Notes: a model not told the origin generated them from the letters alone. Shown: positions 29,773 to 40,565, numbered from the stretch's first letter. The stretch is DNA of 46,963 nucleotides from Leptolyngbyaceae cyanobacterium (GCA_050331235.1 JBHJHA010000092.1:1-46963), one strand, 5' to 3'. Numbers and translations are program-made.

Positions 29773-31788
29773 GTGAGCGATTTCGATATTCAGGCTCCTT
29801 TTGACCCTAAAGGTGATCAGCCCAAAGCGATTCGGGAGCTGACCCAGCACCTACAAGGCCATCACAAGTATCAGACGCTGCTAGGTGCAACCGGCACTGG
29901 GAAGACCCATACCATGGCACGGGTAATCAATCAGATCGGCAAGCCAGCCCTGGTGCTAGCCCATAATAAAACCCTGGCAGCGCAGCTTTGTAATGAGCTG
30001 CGGGAGTTTTTTCCCGATAATGCCGTCGAATATTTCATTAGCTACTATGACTACTATCAGCCAGAAGCCTACGTTCCGGTAACTGACACCTACATTGCGA
30101 AAACCGCCTCGATCAATGAAGAGATTGATATGCTGCGGCACTCGGCCACGCGATCGCTGTTTGAGCGGCGCGATGTGATTGTCGTGGCTTCCATTAGCTG
30201 CATTTACGGTTTGGGAATTCCCTCTGAGTACCTCAAGGCGTCTATTCCCCTACAGGTGGGCATGGAAGTCAACCAACGACAGGTGCTCCGGGATTTAGCC
30301 GTTATTCAGTATTCCCGCAATGATCTCGACCTGGGCCGTGGTCGCTTTCGAGTCAAGGGCGATGTGTTAGAAATCGGCCCTGCTTATGAAGACCGCATTA
30401 TTCGAGTTGAATTCTTTGGCGATGAGATTGATGCCATCCGCTACGTAGATCCAGTGACGGGAGCGACCCTGCAGAGTTTAGAAGCGGTGAATATCTATCC
30501 GGCTAAGCACTTCGTAACGCCAGATGACAAGCTCGAAGCTGCTTGCCAAGCCATTCAAGATGAATTGCGCGATCGCCTCGAAATGTTGGAAAAAGAAGGC
30601 AAACTGCTGGAAGCCCAGCGGCTAGAGCAGCGAACCCGCTACGATTTGGAAATGTTGCGGGAAGTAGGCTATTGCAACGGCGTCGAAAACTATGCGAGGC
30701 ACTTGGCCGGGCGGCCCGCCGGCTCTCCCCCCGAGTGTTTGATCGATTACTTTCCTAAAGATTGGCTACTGGTAATCGATGAGTCCCACGTCACCATTCC
30801 CCAGATCCGTGCTATGTATAACGGCGATCGCGCGCGCAAGATGGTTCTCATCGAACATGGCTTTCGCCTCCCAAGTGCCGCCGACAACCGTCCTCTGAAA
30901 GCCGAGGAGTTTTGGGACAAGGTCAACCAGTGTGTCTTTGTTTCGGCGACTCCAGGAAACTGGGAATTTGAAGTCTCTGACGGCCGGGTTGCCGAGCAAA
31001 TCATTCGCCCCACCGGGGTGCTCGATCCCGAAATTTTCGTACGACCGCCAGATGGCCAAGTCGACGATCTCCTGGGCGAAATTAGAGAGCGAGCCGTTCG
31101 TAATGAGCGGGTCTTGGTCACTACTTTGACCAAGCGCATGGCCGAAGACCTGACCGAGTATCTCGATGAGCAGGGAGTCCGCGTTCGCTATTTGCACTCT
31201 GAGATTCACTCGATTGAGCGGATTGAGCTAATTCAAGATTTGCGTGATGGCAGCTTTGACGTTCTCATCGGTGTCAACCTACTGCGAGAAGGACTGGACT
31301 TACCAGAAGTGTCTCTTGTAGCTATCTTAGACGCCGACAAAGAGGGCTTTTTGCGAGCTGAGCGATCGCTTATTCAGACCATCGGGCGGGCAGCCCGCCA
31401 CGTGCAGGGCAAAGCGATTCTCTATGCTGATAACCTGACTGACAGCATGGCCAAGGCGATTGAAGAAACTGAGCGTCGTCGAGCGATCCAGCAAAAATTC
31501 AACGAAGAGAACGGCATCGTTCCCACAGCGATTATTCGCCGCAAGAGCAACGCCATTCTGTCCTTCTTAGAAGTGTCGCGCCGCCTAAATGTACAAGAAT
31601 TGGAAGAGGTCTACGAGCAGAAGGATGACCTTGCGCTGGAAGAAATTCCTGAACTCATTAGTCAACTCGAAAAACAGATGAGAGAGGCGGCCAAAAATTT
31701 AGACTTTGAAGAAGCGGCCAAATATCGCGATCGCGTTAAGCAACTGCGTGACCAACTCCTCGGCAAGCGATCTCCGATTGTTGATTAA
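29773..31788 (+). CDS. uvrB: Excinuclease ABC subunit B
   Basis: [27 protein letters not shown]-terminal UVR domain. Confidence 0.98.
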   Translation: MSDFDIQAPFDPKGDQPKAIRELTQHLQGHHKYQTLLGATGTGKTHTMARVINQIGKPALVLAHNKTLAAQLCNELREFFPDNAVEYFISYYDYYQPEAYVPVTDTYIAKTASINEEIDMLRHSATRSLFERRDVIVVASISCIYGLGIPSEYLKASIPLQVGMEVNQRQVLRDLAVIQYSRNDLDLGRGRFRVKGDVLEIGPAYEDRIIRVEFFGDEIDAIRYVDPVTGATLQSLEAVNIYPAKHFVTPDDKLEAACQAIQDELRDRLEMLEKEGKLLEAQRLEQRTRYDLEMLREVGYCNGVENYARHLAGRPAGSPPECLIDYFPKDWLLVIDESHVTIPQIRAMYNGDRARKMVLIEHGFRLPSAADNRPLKAEEFWDKVNQCVFVSATPGNWEFEVSDGRVAEQIIRPTGVLDPEIFVRPPDGQVDDLLGEIRERAVRNERVLVTTLTKRMAEDLTEYLDEQGVRVRYLHSEIHSIERIELIQDLRDGSFDVLIGVNLLREGLDLPEVSLVAILDADKEGFLRAERSLIQTIGRAARHVQGKAILYADNLTDSMAKAIEETERRRAIQQKFNEENGIVPTAIIRRKSNAILSFLEVSRRLNVQELEEVYEQKDDLALEEIPELISQLEKQMREAAKNLDFEEAAKYRDRVKQLRDQLLGKRSPIVD

Positions 31789-32089
31789 GCGACTCATCAA
31801 CCGTGATAGACGTTAACCCGAATGCTCAGCTGTGCATTCGGGTAACGGTTCTAGTCCAAAGTATTTGAGGCATGTGTTGACTGCATGCCCATATGGACCG
31901 CAAATTTTTTACCCTAGTCCGGGAAAACATGCAGGGCTGCTAGCGAAGCTGCTTCCAAGACGGATTTTTTGGGCGTATTTACGGCGGAACTCCGATCCGC
32001 ACATTTCAGATAATCAAAACAGAAAATTTAAATATTGAATCAAGTCAATAAATTTTCTCTGGGGCTGAGGGGGGTAGGTGCAAGGGACG

Positions 32090-32105
32090 TGTAACCTTAG
32101 TTACA
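32090..32105. promoter_or_regulatory. NtcA-type binding site
   Basis: TGTA-accttagt-TACA, a perfect GTA-N8-TAC with flanking T/A, about 165 bp upstream of hpsE. Confidence 0.6.
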
Positions 32106-32269
32106 AGATAATATGACCGTAGTCAGGCGAAAGTCTGGCTCCATCATCTTTGAAAGTCAGGGATATCGACATTTCCACCATCAGTCCATCAATCTGAGCC
32201 ATTGCCGTTAAACCAATGGCGGTATGGACTGATACGTAGAGTTTGCAGTTTTGAACGCGAGGCGGAGCA

Positions 32270-33301
32270 ATGAACGCAGTAAGTCTTTTTTGTGATTTTA
32301 CTGTTGCTATCCCCACCTATAACGGTGCTGAACGAATCCCTGACGTCTTGGAAAGGCTCAAGTGGCAGTTGGGTCTGGAAAGAATTCGTTGGGAAATCAT
32401 CGTTGTCGACAATAACAGTACTGACCAAACGGAAGCCGTTGTCCGACGCTTTCAAAAAGACTTCCCTAATCTGCGCTACGCATTTGAGCCTCGCCAGGGG
32501 GCTGCTTATGCTCGGCAAAAGGCCATTCGTCTGGCCCGTAGCCCTTTAGTCGGTTTCCTAGACGACGATAATTTACCTTCCGTAATTTGGATCAATCAAG
32601 CGGTCAAGTTTGCCCAAGAACACCCTCAGGCCGGCATCTTTGGGAGTCACATCCGCGGTCAGTTTGATTGTGAATTGCCCAGTAATTTTGACCGGGTTGC
32701 TCCGTTTTTGGCTTTGATTAATCGAGGGCCTAAGCCTCTGTTTTATGAGCCAGAAAAGAAGGTGCTGCCTCCCGGTGCTGGCATGGTTGTTCGACGCACT
32801 GCCTGGCTTGACAACGTACCCGACACGCCAGTGCTGAGTGGTCGCACGAAAGATAGCATGCTGACTGGCGAAGATATGGAAACGACGCTGTGTATTCAGC
32901 AGGCTGGCTGGGAAGTTTGGTACAACCCTGCCATGCGAGTTGAGCATAAAATCCCTGCCCAAAGGCTAACCCATCAGTATCTGTGTGATTTGATGAGAGG
33001 AATTGGCTTAAGTCGCTATCGGACGCGCATGCTGAGTGTCAAAAAGCATCAAAAATACTTCATGCTGCTGGCCTATATGGTCAATGATGGCCGCAAGATT
33101 GTGCGCCACTTGCTCAAACATCGCGAAAACGTTTGGCGCGATCCCGTAACAGCTAGTGAAATGACCCTTTACGTTTACAGCTTGCTTAGTCCTGGCTTCT
33201 TCTTGCAGATGTACCTAAAGCAAGCTTGGTCTCGCAGTGTGTTAAAAAAGCAGTGGCTAGCCAGCCTTGAGCGAAAAACAATGCAGGATCAGCATACATA
33301 G
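32270..33301 (+). CDS. hpsE: GT2 glycosyltransferase, hormogonium polysaccharide HpsE-like
   Basis: DFTVAIPTYNGAERIP, GFLDDDNLP, LPPGAGMVVR, RGIGLSRYRTRML. Confidence 0.82.
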   Translation: MNAVSLFCDFTVAIPTYNGAERIPDVLERLKWQLGLERIRWEIIVVDNNSTDQTEAVVRRFQKDFPNLRYAFEPRQGAAYARQKAIRLARSPLVGFLDDDNLPSVIWINQAVKFAQEHPQAGIFGSHIRGQFDCELPSNFDRVAPFLALINRGPKPLFYEPEKKVLPPGAGMVVRRTAWLDNVPDTPVLSGRTKDSMLTGEDMETTLCIQQAGWEVWYNPAMRVEHKIPAQRLTHQYLCDLMRGIGLSRYRTRMLSVKKHQKYFMLLAYMVNDGRKIVRHLLKHRENVWRDPVTASEMTLYVYSLLSPGFFLQMYLKQAWSRSVLKKQWLASLERKTMQDQHT

Positions 33302-33579
33302 CCTGAGTGTTCTTGACAGGATCTCTCGTTCCGTTGAGCTACCTTCGCACCAGCATCTGCTGAGACAAATCAATTCGTGCTGATCTGGCTGCTGTGAGTC
33401 TGTAGCCAAGCCTGAGAAAATTGATATCAGCTAGATTCGGCATCGCGGGGCTAGCTGAAGCTTGGACTGCTCCTGGTTTCTGAGGAGAGTTCTGTTTGCA
33501 TAACTACAATGCTGAGAGCAATCCCTCTTTTCTACGCGCTAATTTTCCGTGAATATCGGCTCACAAGTTGGAATAAAAG

Positions 33580-34389
33580 ATGACTCGCTTGATTAGTGGA
33601 GATCGCCAACCAAAGATCAAAAAGAGCTTCATTGTTTGCTCGACGGGCCGTTCTGGCAGTAAGCTCTTGTGCCAAACATTGGCAAGCTTCGGCAACTGTG
33701 GATATCCCAAGGAGTATCTCCATGCACACAATCTAGCTGGAGTTTTAGCGCCCCAAAGCCAACTATCATTTCACGAATATTATTTGAGCATTCTCGAAAA
33801 AGGCACAACGGTTAACGGGATTTTTGGCGTCAAGATTCACTGGCATCATTTCAAAGACTTTCTGGCAGTGACTAGGCAGCACCTTCCAAGACTAGCCGAT
33901 CAGCACGATATGGAAATCATTCGGGACTTGTTTCCAAATGTCTGTTTTATTCATATTTCAAGGAAAGATACGCTTCGGCAAGCTGTATCGACTTGTCTTG
34001 CTCATCAAACAGACGTTTGGAGTAAGCCTAACCAAAGCTATGAACTTGAAGGAACTGCAAATATCAAGTTTTCTCCCCTCGAGATATATCGGTATAAGAT
34101 TGGGATTACCGCTCACAATCAGGCTTGGGACACTTTCTTTGAGCGAAACTCAATTGCTCCTTGTCGAATAACTTACGAAGAACTGGTTAGTTTTTACGAG
34201 AAAACTATAAGAAAGGTATATGCATTCTTAGATCTGCCGTTTGAGCAGGGTGAAATCTCTATGCCAACCTATAAGCAAGGCAATCGGATTAATGATAGAT
34301 GGGTGACTTACTACAACTGTCTGCCGGAGAGGTTCATCGCTCAGTATTCCGACTTGAGAGTGAAAGTAAGAAAGTTTTTGAAAGCTTGA
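33580..34389 (+). CDS. Stf0-family sulfotransferase
   Basis: 5'-PSB STGRSGSKLLCQTL, PKEY, NGIFGVK, 3'-PB R..LRQAVS, YEEL, KQ. Confidence 0.85.
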   Translation: MTRLISGDRQPKIKKSFIVCSTGRSGSKLLCQTLASFGNCGYPKEYLHAHNLAGVLAPQSQLSFHEYYLSILEKGTTVNGIFGVKIHWHHFKDFLAVTRQHLPRLADQHDMEIIRDLFPNVCFIHISRKDTLRQAVSTCLAHQTDVWSKPNQSYELEGTANIKFSPLEIYRYKIGITAHNQAWDTFFERNSIAPCRITYEELVSFYEKTIRKVYAFLDLPFEQGEISMPTYKQGNRINDRWVTYYNCLPERFIAQYSDLRVKVRKFLKA

Positions 34390-34579
34390 TAGGAGACAGA
34401 GCATTTCCCGTAGACGATGCAAACCTCAGTGAGCCCGGAATTTTGGCAATTCGCTTGCTTCGACACTGATATTTCATCTGCCAAAGAGCTTGATCAGATT
34501 GAAAGGGCGCAGATTCCTGTAGGACCTTTGTGAAGCCATCGGCCAGCTTGTTATCGCGCTGGCCCAGTATGCTTGGTAT

Positions 34580-36430
34580 ATGGTCAGACGATATTTTAGA
34601 CGCGGGCTCAACGCAGGCTTCGCGCGATGGCAAGATTTTCGCAATTCCTTAGGTATCTATCAATACTGTGGTCGGGCAGTGGGGCTGGTTTGGCAAACCA
34701 GTGAGTTTCTGACCAGTTTGTTGGCGGTGTGCACGTTAGTGGCTGGTTTGCTGCCGGGGGCGATCGCCTATTTTGGTAAGCTCATTGTGGATGGTGTCAT
34801 TCAAGCGGCAGCTTCAGGGGCGATCGCGGATCGCAATCAAGCTCTCAGCTATCTCGCCATCGAAGCTTTACTCGTCATTCTGTTGGCAGGAGCGCGTCAA
34901 GGGCTATCGTTGTGCACTTCTCTACTGCGAGCGCTTTTGGCCCAAAAGGTCAATTTATTGATCTTAGAAAAAGCTCAATCATTGCCGTTGCTTTATTTTG
35001 AAGATTCCGAATTTTACGACAAGATGAGCCGGGCGCGCCGGGAAGCTTCTAGTCGGCCACTGAGCATGGTCAATCGGACCTTTGGCCTAATTCAAAACGC
35101 GCTGTCACTGCTGACCTATGGGGGCTTGTTACTGCAATTTTCCGGTTGGGCGGTAGTGATTTTGATGGGTGCCACTATCCCAGTCTTCGTGGCCGAAACG
35201 CGCTTTGCCGGTCAAGCCTTTCGGCTGTTTCGCTGGCGATCACCCGAAACCCGACAGCAAAATTACTTGGAGGTTTTGCTCGGTCGTGAAGATTATGCCA
35301 AAGAGGTCAAGCTATTTCAGCTCGGGCCAATGCTGTTGAGGCGGTACCAAGATATTTTTAACCGTTTATACGGCGAAGATCGCGATTTAACCGTTCGACG
35401 TAGCGGTTGGACCTATGGCTTGGGATTATTGAGCACGCTGGCCTTTTACGGAGCTTACTGCTGGATTGTGCTGGCGGCGATCGCCCGCCGCATCTCTCTA
35501 GGAGATTTGACGATGTATCTGACTGTGTTTCGCCAAGGTCAAAACGCCTTCACCGCAATGTTGACCGCCATTGGGGGAATGTATGAAGACGGTCTGTACC
35601 TGTCAAATCTCTATGAGTTTTTAGAGCAACCCATCGATCAGCCGGTGGGGCGTGCACGATCAGGCCCTGACCCCAGGGATGGTTTACGGTTTGAACAGGT
35701 GTCGTTTAGCTATCCAGGCTCAACTAAGCTCGCGTTAACTGACGTCTCGTTTCACCTCAAGCCGCGCCAAAAGTTGGCGATCGTGGGCGAAAACGGCTCG
35801 GGAAAAACAACGCTCATCAAGTTGCTGACCCGCCTGTATATTCCCACCCGTGGCCGCATTTTGCTCGATGGTCGCAATTTAAACGAGTGGGATATTGAGG
35901 TTTTGCGTCAGCGCATTGGCGTTATTTTCCAAGACTTTGTGCGCTACCAGTTCACGGTGGGTGAAAACATTGGTGTGGGGGAAGTGAAGCATCTCGATAC
36001 GCGGGAACAGTGGGCGATCGCGGCCCAAAGAGGAACGGCTACCCCCTTCATTGAGACGCTACCCGACGGCTTCTATACACAACTAGGCCGCTGGTTTAAG
36101 GGGGGACAAGAGTTATCTGGAGGACAATGGCAAAAAATTGCCCTGTCACGGGCCTTCATGCGAACTCAGGCTGACTTATTAGTGCTTGATGAACCAACCT
36201 CGGCCATGGATGCAGAGGCCGAATCGAAGATTTTTGACCAGTTCAGAGAGGCTACCGAAAATCAGATGGCGATTCTGATTTCCCATCGTTTTTCCACGGT
36301 GAGAAGGGCCGATGAGATTTTAGTATTGGCAGCTGGACAGGTCGTTGAATACGGCACCCATGAGAAACTCTTAGCGCAAAATGGTCGCTATGCTCGGCTG
36401 TTTCAGATGCAGGCGGCAGGCTATCAATGA
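34580..36430 (+). CDS. ABC exporter, fused permease/ATP-binding
   Basis: TM domain plus GENGSGKT, ELSGGQWQKIALSR, LDEPT, SHR. Confidence 0.92.
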   Translation: MVRRYFRRGLNAGFARWQDFRNSLGIYQYCGRAVGLVWQTSEFLTSLLAVCTLVAGLLPGAIAYFGKLIVDGVIQAAASGAIADRNQALSYLAIEALLVILLAGARQGLSLCTSLLRALLAQKVNLLILEKAQSLPLLYFEDSEFYDKMSRARREASSRPLSMVNRTFGLIQNALSLLTYGGLLLQFSGWAVVILMGATIPVFVAETRFAGQAFRLFRWRSPETRQQNYLEVLLGREDYAKEVKLFQLGPMLLRRYQDIFNRLYGEDRDLTVRRSGWTYGLGLLSTLAFYGAYCWIVLAAIARRISLGDLTMYLTVFRQGQNAFTAMLTAIGGMYEDGLYLSNLYEFLEQPIDQPVGRARSGPDPRDGLRFEQVSFSYPGSTKLALTDVSFHLKPRQKLAIVGENGSGKTTLIKLLTRLYIPTRGRILLDGRNLNEWDIEVLRQRIGVIFQDFVRYQFTVGENIGVGEVKHLDTREQWAIAAQRGTATPFIETLPDGFYTQLGRWFKGGQELSGGQWQKIALSRAFMRTQADLLVLDEPTSAMDAEAESKIFDQFREATENQMAILISHRFSTVRRADEILVLAAGQVVEYGTHEKLLAQNGRYARLFQMQAAGYQ

Positions 36431-36535
36431 GGCGCTTGCCACGAAGGATCTTGGCGTTGGGCTGGCTATGAATTCGGGATGTCAGACAAAGTTTGCTTGG
36501 AAAAATCTACACATTGCCACAAGCGCTTCAGCGAC

Positions 36536-36934
36536 CTAAATTATGCCCCCAGGAAAGGACCCCGCGGCCACCTGGGTGCAATCGGTTGCGGTTTCGCCGT
36601 CCGGGCGATCGCTTAAATTAAAGGAAACGCCACAACCGCAGGTTTGCTTAGCCAGCGGATTTGTAAAGCGGAAATTGCCGCCCATCAAGTCTTCTGAATA
36701 ATCGATGGCGAGACCGTCACACTGGGCCAAATGTTCTGCGGAAATAACTATTTTAAGCTGATCAATTTTGAGCGTGTGGTCGGTGGGTCTTGTGGACTGC
36801 CGGAACTGCAGGTCGTAGGCCAACCCAGAACATCCCCCTGGCATCACTGCTAAGCGCACGACTCCACTGCCGTAGGGATCTTTTGATTCTAATCGCTTGA
36901 TTTCTCGAATAGCACTCTGACTCAGGTGAATCAT
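36536..36934 (-). CDS. iscA: HesB/IscA-family Fe-S cluster assembly protein
   Basis: GGCSG, IDYSEDLMGG.FRFTNP, TCGCG.SF. Confidence 0.85.
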   Translation of the reverse strand: MIHLSQSAIREIKRLESKDPYGSGVVRLAVMPGGCSGLAYDLQFRQSTRPTDHTLKIDQLKIVISAEHLAQCDGLAIDYSEDLMGGNFRFTNPLAKQTCGCGVSFNLSDRPDGETATDCTQVAAGSFPGGII

Positions 36935-36993
36935 TGCAGTAGCTTTGCTAAAGTCTATCACCCTAGCTTATCGCCTAATCTCCCCTTTCCGGT

Positions 36994-37860
36994 TTAGGTG
37001 TTTGCCAGCTCAAATCCCGCAAGGGCTTCGATCAGGTCCTGGTGGATTGCTGCGGACGTGGCGATGACGACTCCCGGCCAGGCGTAGTCTTGACACTGAT
37101 CTAGCCGTGGGAGCGGATTACCCTGATGGTCTGTAACGCGGCAGCCAGCCTCCTGAGCCAAGAACGTGAGCGCTGCGCCGTCAATGAACTTGCCTGCGGA
37201 TAAGATAACCCCCCCCAGTTCCCCTTTGAGAATGCCGTTGACGCAGGGGACTTGTCGCTCAGGCGAATAGTCTTCAGAGATACTAATTACTGGGTAGCGA
37301 TCGCTGAGCTGAGCCTTCAGTGGGGCCAACCTTGTTCCAAGGAAAAGGGTATTACTTTCAGCCATGGCCAAGGGTTTGCAGGCCGTCAAATCCTCATCCA
37401 GCTGTCCCATCTGTGTTCCTTGTCCTCGCAGCGCGTAGTAATAATTGTCTTCGGCAGGACTGATTGCCAACACCGCCTCAAAGTAGTCGGCATTCAGGAC
37501 GGTGACAATGATTTGGTAGTTGGGAAACCCGTCCATATAAAACAAAGTGCCGTCAATGGGATCGAGGGTGACCAAATAGTCATCCATGGGGCCCAAATCA
37601 ATCGCACGAAAATATTTGGTGTTGTAAGACTGCTCAAACTCCTCGCCGTAGAATCGGATGTCAGGAAAACTGCCCAGTAGCGCAACTTCGACAAAGGTTT
37701 GGACTGACAAGTCAGCATCGGTCAGCGCTGCTGAAAACTGATTGGGGCCGTCTTTAGCTGGTTGGGCGGCGATCTTGGTTTGAATTTCGCGGGAATACCT
37801 GGCCGCTAATCGCAAGGGCGGCAGCAGCGTTTCCAAAATCTTGCGGGGTGTAGGGTTCAT
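36994..37860 (-). CDS. Inositol monophosphatase family protein
   Basis: LTDAD, GEE, LDPIDGT, AQEAGCRVTD. Confidence 0.88.
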   Translation of the reverse strand: MNPTPRKILETLLPPLRLAARYSREIQTKIAAQPAKDGPNQFSAALTDADLSVQTFVEVALLGSFPDIRFYGEEFEQSYNTKYFRAIDLGPMDDYLVTLDPIDGTLFYMDGFPNYQIIVTVLNADYFEAVLAISPAEDNYYYALRGQGTQMGQLDEDLTACKPLAMAESNTLFLGTRLAPLKAQLSDRYPVISISEDYSPERQVPCVNGILKGELGGVILSAGKFIDGAALTFLAQEAGCRVTDHQGNPLPRLDQCQDYAWPGVVIATSAAIHQDLIEALAGFELANT

Positions 37861-37945
37861 GGGAATGCAGGCTCAAGATGAATGGGACTGATTGCGATCT
37901 CGGCAGTGCTCGCTATCCGCGACTACTGTAAGGCATCGCGGGGAC

Positions 37946-38941
37946 TCATCCGGGCTGATTAGCAAGATAGTCCATCAGCCAAATTAGGGCAGGTCGCTGG
38001 CTGCCGTCACGACGCAATAGGTAGGCATTACTTCTCCAGATTTCTCCTTCCTTATACCCCCACAGCGTGATGCCCCGAACGCTGGGATGTTCCCAAAGTA
38101 TCGGGAATAGCTCGGCGAAGCGATCGCGCTGGGCATTATCATCTACAAAGTCAACATCGAGCTCAGAAATGTAAATTGGCAGCCCGGTTATGGCTAAGCG
38201 ATCAAGATTACGCTCAATCGTCGCTAGCTCCGCTGACTCCAAAAAGTGTCCCTGCACCCCAATTCCGTCGATCAAATTTTGCCGCTGAAGCAGACGAACA
38301 AGGGTCAAAAAGCTGGCCGTTGTGCCGTCATTCTTCAAAAGCTCCTTTTCATTGAGCAGGAGCTCAGCATGGGGACAGGCTTCTCGAGCAGTTTGAAAGG
38401 CCCAAATAACCCAGTCCCAACCCGTCACGCCATTGCCTCCGATCGCCTCCTTAAAGGGCGGTGGCCAGTGCAGGGGTTCATTGACAACATCGATCAAATC
38501 CGTGTTAGGGTAGCGCGTGCAATATCCAGCAATCCACTCCATTACTTCGGCCAACTGCTCGGCTTCTGAGAGGTCAGTAATCCAATCAGGAAATTGCAAT
38601 CCCCAAATGAACGTATGCTGTTTGAAGGGAAACCCTTGACTCCAGGCGAAAGCTGTGATGTCATCTAGCTGCGCCCAGTCCATCACATCACGGACCGCTT
38701 CAACTTTGCCCCATTTCCCCGAATTCTCCGGAGTTACTTGGTGCCAGTAGGTCGTGAATGTTGTGTCTATTGGGCCATTGTGCCTAAGAATGTTACCGAC
38801 AAAAGGGGGGGATGTGCTGCCGACGTCCGCTCCCCACAGCAGCAACATGAAGAGCGTCCCTATTGCAACCAGACAAAAATAATGCCAATGCTTGTTTACT
38901 TGGCGCAAACGCCTGAATATCGATGGGAGTAGCTTGTTCAA
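37946..38941 (-). CDS. Glycoside hydrolase family 10 (endo-1,4-beta-xylanase-like)
   Basis: TPENSGKW, HTFIW, DVVNEP (acid/base), IGVQGH, ISELD (nucleophile), TLWG; N-terminal hydrophobic segment. Confidence 0.9.
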   Translation of the reverse strand: MNKLLPSIFRRLRQVNKHWHYFCLVAIGTLFMLLLWGADVGSTSPPFVGNILRHNGPIDTTFTTYWHQVTPENSGKWGKVEAVRDVMDWAQLDDITAFAWSQGFPFKQHTFIWGLQFPDWITDLSEAEQLAEVMEWIAGYCTRYPNTDLIDVVNEPLHWPPPFKEAIGGNGVTGWDWVIWAFQTAREACPHAELLLNEKELLKNDGTTASFLTLVRLLQRQNLIDGIGVQGHFLESAELATIERNLDRLAITGLPIYISELDVDFVDDNAQRDRFAELFPILWEHPSVRGITLWGYKEGEIWRSNAYLLRRDGSQRPALIWLMDYLANQPG

Positions 38942-39152
38942 CTTAGCCTCGACGATATCCCTACCTCACCGGATTTCGCAGTGCTGACGGTCAGAATGTC
39001 CCCAATGTGAAGTTTAGAATCATAGCGATCTCTGAATTCGTCAAACCAAAGCTAGACATACGGCAACCCCATAGCTCAGCCGGCCTAACGATAGGTGATT
39101 GGTCCTGCAAAGCTGCTTCTGAAACTGGCTGCCTCAATGTCAATTTTTTAGA

Positions 39153-39488
39153 TTAAACGTCGGAGTCACGACGCGACGACAATCCGATAATGGGCATTGG
39201 TGACTGGGCGGTTTCCTCAGGTAGATATCTAACTGGGGATGTCTCGGATAAGTCGACTGGACGACAGCACTTTTGCCAGCCTCGACTAGCGAGAGTGCCG
39301 CTCACTACGAGCACACCTAAAAAGGCCAGCATGGCTTGGCCTTCAAACATTCCCAATAAAATATTGACCGTACCAGCCGTTACCACAGTACTGACAACGG
39401 GTTCTCTTTGAAACAGACGCTTAATCAACACGGATAATTCTAAGTCTTGACAGTTTTGTATTTGGCGTTTGCGGTTAGCGAGAACCAA
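39153..39488 (-). CDS. Hypothetical membrane protein (start uncertain)
   Basis: LKRLFQREPVVS.VVTAG followed by two short TM segments; resembles a conserved cyanobacterial protein (from recall). Confidence 0.6.
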   Translation of the reverse strand: MVLANRKRQIQNCQDLELSVLIKRLFQREPVVSTVVTAGTVNILLGMFEGQAMLAFLGVLVVSGTLASRGWQKCCRPVDLSETSPVRYLPEETAQSPMPIIGLSSRRDSDV

Positions 39489-39598
39489 CCTAACAGCCTT
39501 GATAGTAAAATCTGACCGATTTTAGTTTATGAATTTTGGTGGGGTCTGACGCCTACGGGGTAGTCCAGATTATGAAGAGGCACAGGGAATGAAAATCG

Positions 39599-39769
39599 CT
39601 AAATCAACCCTAACCACGTCAATATGCCCTGACCAGTGACATACTCGATCACCACGATCGCGACAAAGCCGATCATGGCTGCCCGCCCATTCAGCTTTTC
39701 AGCATAGGTCGTAAATCCAGCTTTGGGGCGTTGGATGTCCGGAGTTACAGTGGGTTCCAAATTAGTCAT
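39599..39769 (-). CDS. High-light-inducible protein (HliD-like), 56 aa; not in the ORF track
   Basis: Own translation MTNLEPTVTPDIQRPKAGFTTYAEKLNGRAAMIGFVAIVVIEYVTGQGILTWLGLI*. Confidence 0.92.
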   Translation of the reverse strand: MTNLEPTVTPDIQRPKAGFTTYAEKLNGRAAMIGFVAIVVIEYVTGQGILTWLGLI

Positions 39770-40280
39770 ATCAGCTCTGCATCACTCTCAAGCGTCATCA
39801 TTAAATCATCTTAAGCAAATCAGAAAACGTCAACTTCGGATCTCCGTAGTCTAGTGTGTCCTGCAGCAATGCATGAAGTGGGCAAGTGGAGTGAAGATGG
39901 GGGCGGGCATCAGTCATCCCGAAGACGATGGCAATGGCTGATGTAGGAAAGGCGAATGCTTCACTACTCAGCGGGACTGAGCGAGTTGGTGTTATCGCGA
40001 CGGGGCAGCAGCGAGCAGTCTGGCCCCTGGCCGACCAGGACCTGTGAAATCTCCCAGTCTTTGTAACCTGGCAGCGCAAAAGCGCTTACCCGTGCTAACA
40101 TCCGGTAATTTCATCATCTGTGACCAACAGTCGGTCCATGCGAGCAGGCCCATCACAAAGCCTATCTGGGCGGCGGTTTTGTCAAGTCATTGCCCCTGTC
40201 TTCATCAGTTGACCAGATCTGTCCACGGCTTGCCATATCCGCCAGCCCCTTCAAGAAATTGTGACGTCATAGCTTCCCAG

Positions 40281-40565
40281 CTAATATTCGAGGTCACCTT
40301 TAATCTCGCCCCAGATAGCCATTATGAGGGCGCTAATCTTTTGCTTTTCTTCTTCTAGAAGAAGCTCAGACACCTGCTTAGGGAAAGTTGTCAGCGCCTG
40401 TAAAATCCTGCTCTCTGATGGGATTTCTTGTAAAATCCTGTCCAAGATGCGAGCGTATAAAGTATATTTCCCCCCGTACTCCAGTTCTGGATAGTTTATT
40501 TCGATTTGCTCTTTCAACACAACGGAAACATATAATTCCGTCAAATCTAATTTCTTCTCTTTCAT
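40281..40565 (-). CDS. Hypothetical protein (AT-rich, 94 aa)
   Basis: ATG ORF with upstream GAGG and protein-like helical composition. Confidence 0.55.
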   Translation of the reverse strand: MKEKKLDLTELYVSVVLKEQIEINYPELEYGGKYTLYARILDRILQEIPSESRILQALTTFPKQVSELLLEEEKQKISALIMAIWGEIKGDLEY

